23,064 nt of DNA from assembly GCF_000012905.2 (NCBI RefSeq), contig NC_009007.1, positions 90,982 through 114,045 of the forward strand. The letters run 5' to 3'. The DNA comes from Cereibacter sphaeroides 2.4.1 (GTDB lineage Bacteria; Pseudomonadota; Alphaproteobacteria; Rhodobacterales; Rhodobacteraceae). This document shows, piece by piece, positions 10,793-18,629 of this stretch. Under the pieces are notes generated by a model. The model was not told the origin of the DNA. It ran no database searches and saw only the letters and a list, made by a program, of their open reading frames with translations. Each line of letters starts with the position of its first letter. Within the stretch, counting starts at the first letter, position 1. A program made the translations under genes and the position numbers.

Positions 10793-11845
10793 TTGGCACG
10801 ACTGCTTCTCCACATTGGCGCACATAAGACGGCGACCAGCTACATCCAGCGGCGCTTTCATCTCAATCGCGACCTGCTCGCCCGGCACGGCATCCTCTAT
10901 CCCGACATCGGGCCGAACCGGGCCCATCACATTCTCGCCACGCCTTGGATCGACATTCCCGAAATTCCCGAGAGCTATTGGGGCCCCGAAGAAACAGGGT
11001 CGACTGGGCGCACGAGGCAGGACGCTTTCTTCGAGAAATTCACGAAGGACTATGCCTCCCAGAAGGGTACCGTCTTCCTGTCCGCCGAGGTTTTCAGCCG
11101 AGCCCTGCCCCAGCATGTGGACATGGCAGATCTAGCCAAGCGCCTGTCGGATTTCGAAGAGGTGAAGATTGTCTATGTGGTGCGGCACCAGACGGATTAC
11201 ATCCAGTCCATCTGGCTTCAGGTGGCCAAAAACGGCAGGGCGGGAAGATTTGATCCGTTCCTTGCACATGCCCTTCAGAAGCATCTGGCATCTGGGGTAT
11301 GGATCGATCATCATAAGGTGATCGAGAACGTGCTGAGCGGCTTCAGCCGCGACCAGCTCATCCTTTTTGACTATGAGACCATACGCAAACATCCCGAAGG
11401 GGTCATAGGACCTTTTCTCGAGCTTCTGGGATCTCCTCTCCATGTTCATGATCTCGCCGAACTCGACAATCGAGAGGCGAATATCTCTCCAGACCCTCTG
11501 GCAATCTGGATGACACATGCCGCCTTCTTCCCAAACCCGCTCAAGCTCGGCCTTTACCAGAAGCTGAAGGACGCGCTTGACAGGATCAGGGAAAATTACG
11601 GCAAGAAAAAAACCAGCCTCTACACGCGCGCACAGTACGAAGCGGTCATTCAGGCCTCCAGCGAGATGAACATCCCGCTCCGGGGGTGGCTCGAGTCCGA
11701 CAAGGGTGACTCCCCAATCTTCACAACTCCGTCGTCAGATCAGATACTTTTTCGGGACGATCTGACGGAAGCTGATTTGGGTCCTTATCTCCCGGAAGAA
11801 AACCTGCGCATGCGCGAGAAACTCAGGGCTGCCCTCTCGCAATAG
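10793..11845 (+). CDS. Sulfotransferase-like protein (paralog of 18630-19622)
   Basis: 350 aa if started at the TTG at 10793, which has AAGGAG 9 nt upstream. The N-terminus MARLLLHIGAHKTATSYIQ parallels MARVVLHIGTHKTATTTIQ of the other paralog and resembles a 5'-PSB PAPS-binding loop. VVRHQTDYIQSIW resembles a 3'-PB motif. G+C is visibly lower than in the flanks. The 510-aa track ORF is an extension through the epimerase 3' end. Confidence 0.65.
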   Translation: MARLLLHIGAHKTATSYIQRRFHLNRDLLARHGILYPDIGPNRAHHILATPWIDIPEIPESYWGPEETGSTGRTRQDAFFEKFTKDYASQKGTVFLSAEVFSRALPQHVDMADLAKRLSDFEEVKIVYVVRHQTDYIQSIWLQVAKNGRAGRFDPFLAHALQKHLASGVWIDHHKVIENVLSGFSRDQLILFDYETIRKHPEGVIGPFLELLGSPLHVHDLAELDNREANISPDPLAIWMTHAAFFPNPLKLGLYQKLKDALDRIRENYGKKKTSLYTRAQYEAVIQASSEMNIPLRGWLESDKGDSPIFTTPSSDQILFRDDLTEADLGPYLPEENLRMREKLRAALSQ

Positions 11846-11869
11846 AAATAGCGCCTTCGCCCTGCTTTT

Positions 11870-12559
11870 TCATATCAAAACCGTGGCTTCCGGCCCGGCG
11901 AGACGGCTTTCAAGGATTGCAAGGGTGGCATAGGTGGCGTGGCTTGCGAGCCGGATATTCCGACGCGCGAGTTCGCTCATCGTCTTCGTCACCCGCTCGG
12001 GCGGAAGTCGATGCTTATAGGAGTTCTTGGTAACCGGGGCTTCTGCCGCCTGAAGGCCTTGGGATGTCAGAAAATGCGGCAGGTCAGCGCCGATCCGTTC
12101 CATGCGGATCACATGGGTGCGCCCAGAGGGTAGTTCGCTCGCGATCTGCGGCGGCAAATACCATCCCAGATCGAACTGCATGTGGAGCTTGCTTGCCCTC
12201 AGCGCCGCAACGGCTGCCTGTCGTCGCTCCCTCCGGGGATCCGTGAGCGCCTCTGCCAGATCGTTTGCAGTCAGGAAGGCACCGAATATCCGCCGCCAGG
12301 TTTCATTCTTGAGGCGACGCCCGTCCCCGTCGAGGCTCTTGGAGTGAAGATCCCATTCGAAAGCCGACACGAACCGGTCAACCGGATCGCGGGTCAGGAC
12401 GATGAAGATGTCGGAGGGATCGTGCCTCAGAACGGCATCGGCAAGCTGCAGATTGGCGTCATGGACGTGATAGATCTCGAGGCCCGCCACCTGGGGCTGG
12501 AGGGTGCGGATAACGGATTCTCCGGCACATTTGCCGACATGGACGAGATGGTAGGGCAA
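11870..12559 (-). CDS. Sulfotransferase family 2-like protein
   Basis: 229 aa, TTG start at 12557-12559 with GAGAGGA upstream. HVGKCAGESV matches the 5'-PSB motif (h.PK.aGtS.) and LTRDPVDRFVSAF matches the 3'-PB motif (RdP.dR.vS.f) of carbohydrate sulfotransferases of the Sulfotransfer_2 type. Confidence 0.75.
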   Translation of the reverse strand: MPYHLVHVGKCAGESVIRTLQPQVAGLEIYHVHDANLQLADAVLRHDPSDIFIVLTRDPVDRFVSAFEWDLHSKSLDGDGRRLKNETWRRIFGAFLTANDLAEALTDPRRERRQAAVAALRASKLHMQFDLGWYLPPQIASELPSGRTHVIRMERIGADLPHFLTSQGLQAAEAPVTKNSYKHRLPPERVTKTMSELARRNIRLASHATYATLAILESRLAGPEATVLI

Positions 12560-12648
12560 GAAAATCCTCTCTTCTGCAGAAGCAGAGTCACCAGACGGAA
12601 GGTTCTGAGCAACCCGCGGAACGGCGAGTCAGGCCTCGTTCATTGGCA

Positions 12649-13971
12649 TTATCGATCACCATGTTCCAGCCGCTCGATCAGCCGCTCCATGTACCAGGCG
12701 TTGCTGAGTGGATTTACGCCCCAGGACTGGTAGTAGATGTGGGCCACATGGTCGGCAATGCGGGTGCCGTCGCGCAGGACGAGCTGCCGCGCCAGCTCTC
12801 CCCCAGGGCTCAGCTCATCCGCGTAGGTGAAGCTGTCGCGCAGATAGTCGGCATCGTTGTCCATGGCTCCATCCTGGGCATTCGCCACGGTATCCTCTCC
12901 GATCTGTGCCCTCTGGCAGGCTTCACTGACGGATCCTTTTCCCCGGCGGAAGGTCAGGAAGGCCACGTCCGGCCTGCCCTCGCGTTTCAGGCAGGGGTTC
13001 AGATAGCTGTGTGTGTTGACGATGAAGCCCAAGGGCGGCGGATGTCCCGACCGGGGATTGAGGGCGCGTGAGGAGAGCCACAGGTTCCGGACCCGGATCG
13101 CATAGCGGTTCGGATTCTGTTTCCCCATGGAATAAGGGTAGCCGATCACCACCTCGGCGATTTCGAGAGCCCGCCCCGGCAGCTCCTGTTCGGCCTGTGC
13201 CTTGGCCAGAGATCGGACTGCATCGGTAAGATCAGTCGTAGGCTTAGCATCGGGGGTTGGTTCGCTGTAGACGGGGTTTCGGGGAACCCTTCCCACTTGC
13301 CACAGCGGAAGATTGACCAGCCATCGAACCTGGACTGTTTGTTTTTCTTGAGCCGCCTCGATCCGATCGCGCAGTTCGACCATGTAGGCATGCACGATCT
13401 GTCCGGCGCTTCGCACGTCAAAGCCCGCGCCGGCCGTCTCCCGGCAACCTGCTGGCTTGTCCGAATCCGGGAGGAGCCGGAGCATCGGCCCGTCAACGTT
13501 GATCGCCGAGACGGGGATGCCGGCATCGGTCAGCCGTCTCACATTGCGCTCGAACTCGAACGCGGCGGCTGCACGGCCCAAAGCCTCTGGCGAAAGGCTG
13601 GCGTCACAGCGGGCGCCCGACAGGCCCACGCCCGCCTCATAGGTCACCTGCAGCCCCGTTCGCGCGACAATGGCGGCAAGTCCTCCCAGATCTGCATCGG
13701 TCAGATAGGTATCGTCCGGGCGGCGTTTTTCTCCCTTGGCGCCGATCCCCCGGAAGTCGGTGGTCATCAGGAAGGAGGCATTGAGCACGATCCCCTCCAC
13801 CCCCGCGCGGTCGAGCTCCTGCCAGAGCGGCAGGTTCGCGGCGGCGAAGATCTCGCGGTTGTCGAGCGCCCGGGGGCCGGGGCCGTAGATCGCCTCGGGG
13901 GCCGCCTCCGCCCCCGCGCCGAGGGCGAGGGACAGAAGGGCTGTGAGCAGGGTCGTCCGGAGCAGGGTCAT
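12649..13971 (-). CDS. Secreted hypothetical protein (Sec signal peptide; no recognisable domain)
   Basis: 440 aa from the ATG at 13969-13971, with GGGAGG 5 nt upstream. The N-terminus MTLLRTTLLTALLSLALGAGAEAAP is a typical signal peptide. I cannot assign the remainder to a family. Stop is TAA at 12649-12651. Confidence 0.7.
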   Translation of the reverse strand: MTLLRTTLLTALLSLALGAGAEAAPEAIYGPGPRALDNREIFAAANLPLWQELDRAGVEGIVLNASFLMTTDFRGIGAKGEKRRPDDTYLTDADLGGLAAIVARTGLQVTYEAGVGLSGARCDASLSPEALGRAAAAFEFERNVRRLTDAGIPVSAINVDGPMLRLLPDSDKPAGCRETAGAGFDVRSAGQIVHAYMVELRDRIEAAQEKQTVQVRWLVNLPLWQVGRVPRNPVYSEPTPDAKPTTDLTDAVRSLAKAQAEQELPGRALEIAEVVIGYPYSMGKQNPNRYAIRVRNLWLSSRALNPRSGHPPPLGFIVNTHSYLNPCLKREGRPDVAFLTFRRGKGSVSEACQRAQIGEDTVANAQDGAMDNDADYLRDSFTYADELSPGGELARQLVLRDGTRIADHVAHIYYQSWGVNPLSNAWYMERLIERLEHGDR

Positions 13972-14086
13972 GGGAGCCTCCCGTGGCGGTTTGCCAGAGG
14001 ATGCCGCATTTCCCGGGACGGGCAACCCCCGGCGCCGCGCTTGGGCGCCGGGCGGCGCTCCTCTGCCCGGGGCCGGCCGGGCGGCC

Positions 14087-15028
14087 TCAGAACAGGAAGT
14101 CGTCGCGGGTGAGCATCTCGGAGGAGATCCCCTCGAGCGTGATCCGGTTCGCGCCCACCTCGATCACGACATGGCCGTTCACCTCCGACAGATGGTTCGC
14201 CATCAGATCGCCGAAGCCGGTGATGGCCCCCACCCCGCGCAGGTCGATCCACTCGCCTTCCATGTCGGGCGAGAAGTCGCGGATCCGGTCCCGGCCGAAA
14301 TTGCCGGCGAAGACGAACCGGTCCGCCCCGCCGCCGCCGATCAGGATGTCGTTGCCCGCCCCGCCCACCAGCACGTCGCGCTCCCACTGGCCGTCGAGCC
14401 GGTCGTTGCCCGCGCCGCCGAGCAGCAGGTCGTTGCCGGTGCCGCCGAAGAGCGCATCGGCCCCCTCCATGCCGCGCAGCACATCCGCCCCGCCCCGCCC
14501 CTCGAGCCGGTCGTTGCCGAGCCCGCCCGACAGCGTCTCGGCCAGACGGCTGCCCAGAAGCACATCGGCCCGCGCCGAGCCTATGACGATCTCGATCGAT
14601 TTCACCACATAGGGGCCGAAGGGCTCGGGCCGGAAGTCGTAGCGCCCCGCGGCCAGATCCACCCGGAAGCCGAGCCGCAGGTTGGTGTAGCCGCTCAGGT
14701 CCAGCGTGTCGGTCCCCGCCCCGCCATAGACATCGTCGGCGAGATCCACGCCGCGGATGCGGAACGTGTCGTTGCCGGCCTGGCCGTAGCAGGCGTCATG
14801 GTAGAAGCCGCCGTCCAGAAGGTCGTCGCCATCGCCGCCATAGAGCCGGTCCACGCCGTCGCGGCCGTTGATCGTGTCGTTGCCGTCCCCGCCGACCAGC
14901 CGGTCGGCCCCGGGCCCGCCGTTCAGCAGGTCGTTGCCGGGGGTGCCGGCCGGGGTCTGGGCGAGCGCGCTCTGGGCCAGGGGAGCGGACAGCGGGGAGA
15001 GGCTGGGGAAAGGAGAGACTTCAGGCAT
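14087..15028 (-). CDS. RTX-type calcium-binding repeat protein (probable type I secretion substrate)
   Basis: 313 aa from the ATG at 15026-15028. It has multiple GGxGxDxUx nonapeptides (GGPGADRLVGGDGNDTINGRDGVDRLYGGDGDDLLDGG; GGLGNDRLEGRGGADVLRGMEGADALFGGTGNDLLLGGAGNDRLDG; GGAGNDILIGGGGADRFVF) and no Sec signal. Confidence 0.85.
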   Translation of the reverse strand: MPEVSPFPSLSPLSAPLAQSALAQTPAGTPGNDLLNGGPGADRLVGGDGNDTINGRDGVDRLYGGDGDDLLDGGFYHDACYGQAGNDTFRIRGVDLADDVYGGAGTDTLDLSGYTNLRLGFRVDLAAGRYDFRPEPFGPYVVKSIEIVIGSARADVLLGSRLAETLSGGLGNDRLEGRGGADVLRGMEGADALFGGTGNDLLLGGAGNDRLDGQWERDVLVGGAGNDILIGGGGADRFVFAGNFGRDRIRDFSPDMEGEWIDLRGVGAITGFGDLMANHLSEVNGHVVIEVGANRITLEGISSEMLTRDDFLF

Positions 15029-15209
15029 TGTTTCCAAAATTCCTTCAATAGGGCGCGCCAAACGGGATTTTCTATGTCTGGTCTGAAATCGCGCGTCTTC
15101 CGGAAGAAATCCACGCCGTCCCAACCTTCTGGAAAGAAGGCCCGCCGTCAATCTGCTTGGAAGGACAGGGGCGCCGGGTCCCGGCACCCGCCGGGGCGGG
15201 CCGGAAACC

Positions 15210-16511
15210 TCAATACCAGCGGCCCATCGAGATCAGCTCGACCTGCGCGGCAAGGCGCGTGTTCGTGGCGCTGAAGACCGAGACGCCGACGCTGGTCGTC
15301 GTCCGCCCGGTCAGCCGCGGGCTGAGCGCCTGGGCTCCGTTCGAGACCACGCTCGAGACCGTGACGAGGCCCGTGGCGGTGGAGAAGGCGGCGGGAAAGG
15401 GGGCCACCACATCGGCGGAGGCCGAGGTGGTCACCTTCTGCCAGCAGCTCTGCGTCCCGTCCTGATGGCGGATGTAGCGGCCGTTGGCGTTGCCCGCGCT
15501 CTCGACGATCCCGCCCGCGACCCAGGGCGACCAGGCGCCCTCGCCGCGGGCGCGCGAGAAGAGGATGCCCGGCATGAGGCCCCCGCCCCCCGCCTCCACG
15601 AGAAAGAGCTGCACCTCGCCCGCCCCGCGGCTCTGGTGAAGGAGAAGGCCCGCCTGCACGCCCGCAGGGCCGCCGCTGCTGCCCTGCGCGCTGTCGTAGC
15701 CGTAAAAGCCCGGCGCGAGCGCGCCGTCCACCGCCCCGGCATTGCCGACGAGCGGCGCCGGCGCCCCCAGCCCGAAGGCCCCCACCGTCAAGAGCCGGCC
15801 CGGGGTCGCATCGGCGGCCGAGGCCTGCACCGCGCTTCCGGTGAGGCTGCCCGTCACCACCGCCCCCTGCGGCAGCGCCACCCGCCCGCTCGCCCGGTCG
15901 GCGCTGAGCGCGGTGCGGAAGGAAGTGCCGTCCGGGCTGACCTTCAGCGCGAAGTCGTCGCTGCCCGCAAGCCCGATTTCGGCCCGGCCCGACCAGTCGG
16001 ACTGGAACAGGAGGCTCGCCGTCTCGGCCTCCGCGGCCTTGTTGACCTTGATCCGGTGGCTCGCACCCGCATGGGTGAAGAGCGTGGCGGGGCCCGCCAC
16101 CGCGAGGCGGTTGGTGGCATCGGCCGAGGTGGCGATGCCCAGCGAGGGAAATTCCGGCAGAAGGCCGATCAGCGTGCGCCAGCCCTGGGCGGTGAAGACG
16201 AGCCCCGCTCCCTCGGCCAGCACGAAGGTCTGCCAGCCCGGCTGCGGGGCGAGGAAACGCCAGACCGCCGCCTCCGCGTCCCAGACCGCAAAGGCCTCCT
16301 CCCGCCCTGCCCAGGCCCCTTCGGCGCCCGGGCCCACCAGATGCCGCGCCCCCGCGGCCGGGGCGGCGGGCGGCGCGGAGCGGTCGCGGTCGAGCACGGC
16401 GGGCTGGACCAGCACATCGAGCCGCTGCAGCGCCTCGTTGTGGGTCACATGTTTCTGCGCCTGGGAAGGCAGGATGTAGGGAAGCGACAGGATCGGCGAG
16501 GCGTCGGACAT
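15210..16511 (-). CDS. DUF2793-type, phage-tail-fibre-like protein
   Basis: 433 aa from the ATG at 16509-16511. A GTG at 16529 would add 6 aa. The N-terminus MSDASPILSLPYILPSQAQKHVTHNEALQRLDVLVQ and the internal ..NKAAEAETASLLFQSDWSGRAEIGLAGSDDFALKVSPDG.. match, from memory, the DUF2793 family found in alphaproteobacterial prophage, tail-fibre and GTA-associated proteins. The alternative-frame 488-aa ORF is Arg/Gly-rich junk. Confidence 0.75.
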   Translation of the reverse strand: MSDASPILSLPYILPSQAQKHVTHNEALQRLDVLVQPAVLDRDRSAPPAAPAAGARHLVGPGAEGAWAGREEAFAVWDAEAAVWRFLAPQPGWQTFVLAEGAGLVFTAQGWRTLIGLLPEFPSLGIATSADATNRLAVAGPATLFTHAGASHRIKVNKAAEAETASLLFQSDWSGRAEIGLAGSDDFALKVSPDGTSFRTALSADRASGRVALPQGAVVTGSLTGSAVQASAADATPGRLLTVGAFGLGAPAPLVGNAGAVDGALAPGFYGYDSAQGSSGGPAGVQAGLLLHQSRGAGEVQLFLVEAGGGGLMPGILFSRARGEGAWSPWVAGGIVESAGNANGRYIRHQDGTQSCWQKVTTSASADVVAPFPAAFSTATGLVTVSSVVSNGAQALSPRLTGRTTTSVGVSVFSATNTRLAAQVELISMGRWY

Positions 16512-16647
16512 GAAAAACCCCTTCGGCACAGGATCGGCCGCCGCAGGCTAGGCGGAGAGGGTGAACGGCCGGTGGCCGGAGCGTGCGCTGCCTCCTCCGC
16601 CGGGCGCGGGACACTTCCGCACGGCCCGCCTGCAGGGCGCATCCGGC

Positions 16648-16789
16648 TCGGGGGCCGCCGGACGCGCGGGATCTCCGCCGTCACGCCAGCCGCAGTCTGC
16701 CCGCCGGACGGTATCCGGTTCGGGGCCGCCGGCGTGGGGGCTCCTCGAGGATCGGCGGCAGGCGGGGCTCGACAGGTCGGGGCCGCCGG
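16648..16789. repeat. Three dispersed direct copies of TCGGGGCCGCCGG in a divergent intergenic region
   Basis: Copies lie at 16648-16661 (with one extra G), 16720-16732 and 16777-16789. Copies 1 and 2 also share the upstream ATCCGG(c/t), and copies 1 and 3 share the downstream ACGCG. Start-to-start spacing is 72 and 57 bp. Confidence 0.5.
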
Positions 16790-17113
16790 ACGCGGGAGGT
16801 CTGCCCTGCCCTTCTCCGGCCTGCCGCGGCGACTCCGACGGGCGCTTCGGGCACCGCAACCGGGACGGGGACGGCGCGCCTCCTCCCCCGGAAAAGCCAT
16901 TCCCTTTGAAAGCGGAGTCGAATTTCATTGTTTTCCGGCCCCACTGCCTGCCGAAAGGAACAGGCGCCCCCTGCCCCGGCTTGAAGAAGCCTCGTCGCCG
17001 TCCATAGTCGGAGGACCACCCTCGCCGCCCGCCCTCGCAGCCAGGTCCGGCAGGGCGCTCCCGCGCCCGATCCGGCCGCCCGCCCTGACCCAGCCAGAGG
17101 TTCACCGCGCTTC

Positions 17114-18472
17114 ATGACGTCCGACCAGACCCCTGCCCGCCCAGCCCTTCTCGTCCTCGGAATGCACCGCTCCGGCACCTCGGCCCTTGCGGGCGTGCTC
17201 GGCCGGGCGGGCTTCGCGCTGCCGCAGGAGTTGATGCCTCCGACCGAGCACAATCCGCGGGGCTATTTCGAATCCACCCGGATCTTCCGGCTGAACGATG
17301 CGCTTCTGGCCGCGGCGGGCTCTTCCTGGGACGACTGGCGGGCCTTCGATGCGGACTGGCACCTCTCGCCCGCGGCCGAGCCGTTCCATGCCGAGGCGCA
17401 GGAGGCGCTCGCGGCGGAATTTCCCGGCACGGCGCCGATCGTGCTCAAGGATCCGCGGATCTGCCGGCTGCTGCCCTTCTGGACCCGCGCGCTGACCGAG
17501 GCGGGCTTCCGGCCGCTGGCCGTCTGCACCCACCGCCCCGCGCGCGAGGTGGGCGCCTCGCTCGCGCGCCGCAACGGCTGGCCCGAGGCGCGCGGCCTCC
17601 TGCTCTGGCTGCGCCATGTGCTCGATGCCGAGGCCCAGACCCGCGGCAGGCCCCGGGTCTTCGTCTCCTACGACGGGCTGCTCGCGGACTGGCGGGGAAC
17701 GCTCGGGCGCATCGCGGAGGCCTTCGATCTGGCGCTCCCGCGCCCGCTCGACGAGGCCGCGCCCGAGATCGAGGCCTTCCTCTCGGCCGACCTGCGCCAT
17801 GCGCCGGAGACGCCCGCGGCCGCGGCGGGCCTGTCCGACTGGATCGCCCGCCCCGAGGAGATCCTCGACCGGAAGGCCGCCGGAGAGGACCGCCCCGGAG
17901 ACCGCGAGACGCTCGACCGGATCGCGGCCGAAGTCGCGGCCGCGGCCCCCCTGCTGGCAGACCTCTCCGGAGCGGTGGAGGAACAGGGCGCCCGGCTGGA
18001 GCGCGAGGCGGCCCTGCGCCACGAGGCCCAGACCATCCTGCAGCAGGAGAGGCAGCGGCTCGACGACCTGACGGCCGAGCTGCAGCTCCAGCTCCATCAC
18101 AGGACCCTCCATGTCGCGGAACTGGAGCGTCATGCGGGGGAGCTGGCCCAGCAGCTCCGGCAGAAGACGCAGCACGCGGCCGAACTCGAGCGCCATGCGG
18201 AAGAGCTCGCCCAGCAGCTCCGGCAGCAGAGGTCGCACGCGGCCGAGCTCGAGCGCCATGCCGGAGAGCTCTCGGCCCTGACCCACGAGCTGCGCCAGCA
18301 GGTGCATCACAAGGGCCGGCATGTCCAGGAACTGGAAGCCCACTCGGGAGAGCTCGAAGCGCGGCTTCTCGCTCTCGAGGCCGAGCATGCGGCTCTTCTG
18401 GGCAGCACCTCCTGGAAGGTCACGCACCCCCTGCGCCGCATGTCGCTGGCCTTGCGTCGTCCGAAGACGTGA
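17114..18472 (+). CDS. Sulfotransferase domain fused to a C-terminal tandem-repeat coiled coil
   Basis: 452 aa. LLVLGMHRSGTSALAGVL is a 5'-PSB-like loop and THRPAREVGASLARRNGW is 3'-PB-like. From about residue 285 the sequence is heptad-rich. It contains 21-aa repeats (HVAELERHAGELAQQLRQKTQ / HAAELERHAEELAQQLRQQRS / HAAELERHAGELS... / HVQELEAHSGELEARLLALEAE) and ends with ..STSWKVTHPLRRMSLALRR. Confidence 0.8.
   Translation: MTSDQTPARPALLVLGMHRSGTSALAGVLGRAGFALPQELMPPTEHNPRGYFESTRIFRLNDALLAAAGSSWDDWRAFDADWHLSPAAEPFHAEAQEALAAEFPGTAPIVLKDPRICRLLPFWTRALTEAGFRPLAVCTHRPAREVGASLARRNGWPEARGLLLWLRHVLDAEAQTRGRPRVFVSYDGLLADWRGTLGRIAEAFDLALPRPLDEAAPEIEAFLSADLRHAPETPAAAAGLSDWIARPEEILDRKAAGEDRPGDRETLDRIAAEVAAAAPLLADLSGAVEEQGARLEREAALRHEAQTILQQERQRLDDLTAELQLQLHHRTLHVAELERHAGELAQQLRQKTQHAAELERHAEELAQQLRQQRSHAAELERHAGELSALTHELRQQVHHKGRHVQELEAHSGELEARLLALEAEHAALLGSTSWKVTHPLRRMSLALRRPKT
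18110..18382 (+). repeat. In-frame 63-bp tandem repeats (coiled-coil coding), two well conserved and two degenerate
   Basis: Units start at 18110, 18173, 18236 and 18320. Units 1 and 2 differ at about 13 of 63 positions by hand count. Unit 3 matches unit 2 closely over its first 33 or so nt and then diverges. All units are in frame with the CDS. Confidence 0.7.
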
Positions 18473-18629
18473 GGAGCCCTCCCGGCATGGCAGACCGCCT
18501 TTCTCCCGGAGGGCCTGCCCGCCTCAGAGAGGCTGCCTGACCGCACCGGCCCCCTTATTGCAACCTCTGCCGCGCCTGCTGTCACGCTCCTGCGGCTCCA
18601 CGGATCCCCGCAGCCCGCGACCTCGGGCA

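Noticed and set aside
9477-11845. Upstream extensions of the epimerase ORF (from 9477) and of the sulfotransferase-like ORF (from 10313), and the overlapping ORFs 9438-10304 minus, 9515-9892 plus, 10441-10815 minus and 10706-11116 minus
   Set aside because: The extensions are Arg/Pro-rich or run through the neighbouring gene. Internal starts with good RBSs (ATG 9669, TTG 10793) give N-termini right at the conserved cofactor-binding loops.
16648-16789. The TCGGGGCCGCCGG copies and the 38-bp and 63-bp repeats as a CRISPR array
   Set aside because: There are only two to four copies. The periods are irregular or the repeats are in-frame coding. There is no repeat-spacer architecture and no cas genes.
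13943-17117. Large ORFs antisense to or frame-shifted against the RTX and DUF2793 genes (13943-15274 plus, 13968-14387 minus, 15148-16614 minus, 15465-17117 plus, 15742-16479 plus)
   Set aside because: They are low-complexity Arg/Gly/Ala/Pro translations, while the chosen frames carry clear RTX nonapeptides and the DUF2793-type N-terminus.
17102-18427. 441-aa ORF antisense to the coiled-coil sulfotransferase gene
   Set aside because: The sense frame has PAPS-loop motifs and regular heptad repeats. The antisense frame is open only because of the biased repeat composition.
18476-18514. Imperfect hairpin (GCCCTCCcGG...CCGGAGGGC) just after the coiled-coil sulfotransferase stop, as an intrinsic terminator
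   Set aside because: The stem is bulged and no U tract follows on either strand. It is too weak to call in G+C-rich DNA, where such stems arise by chance.
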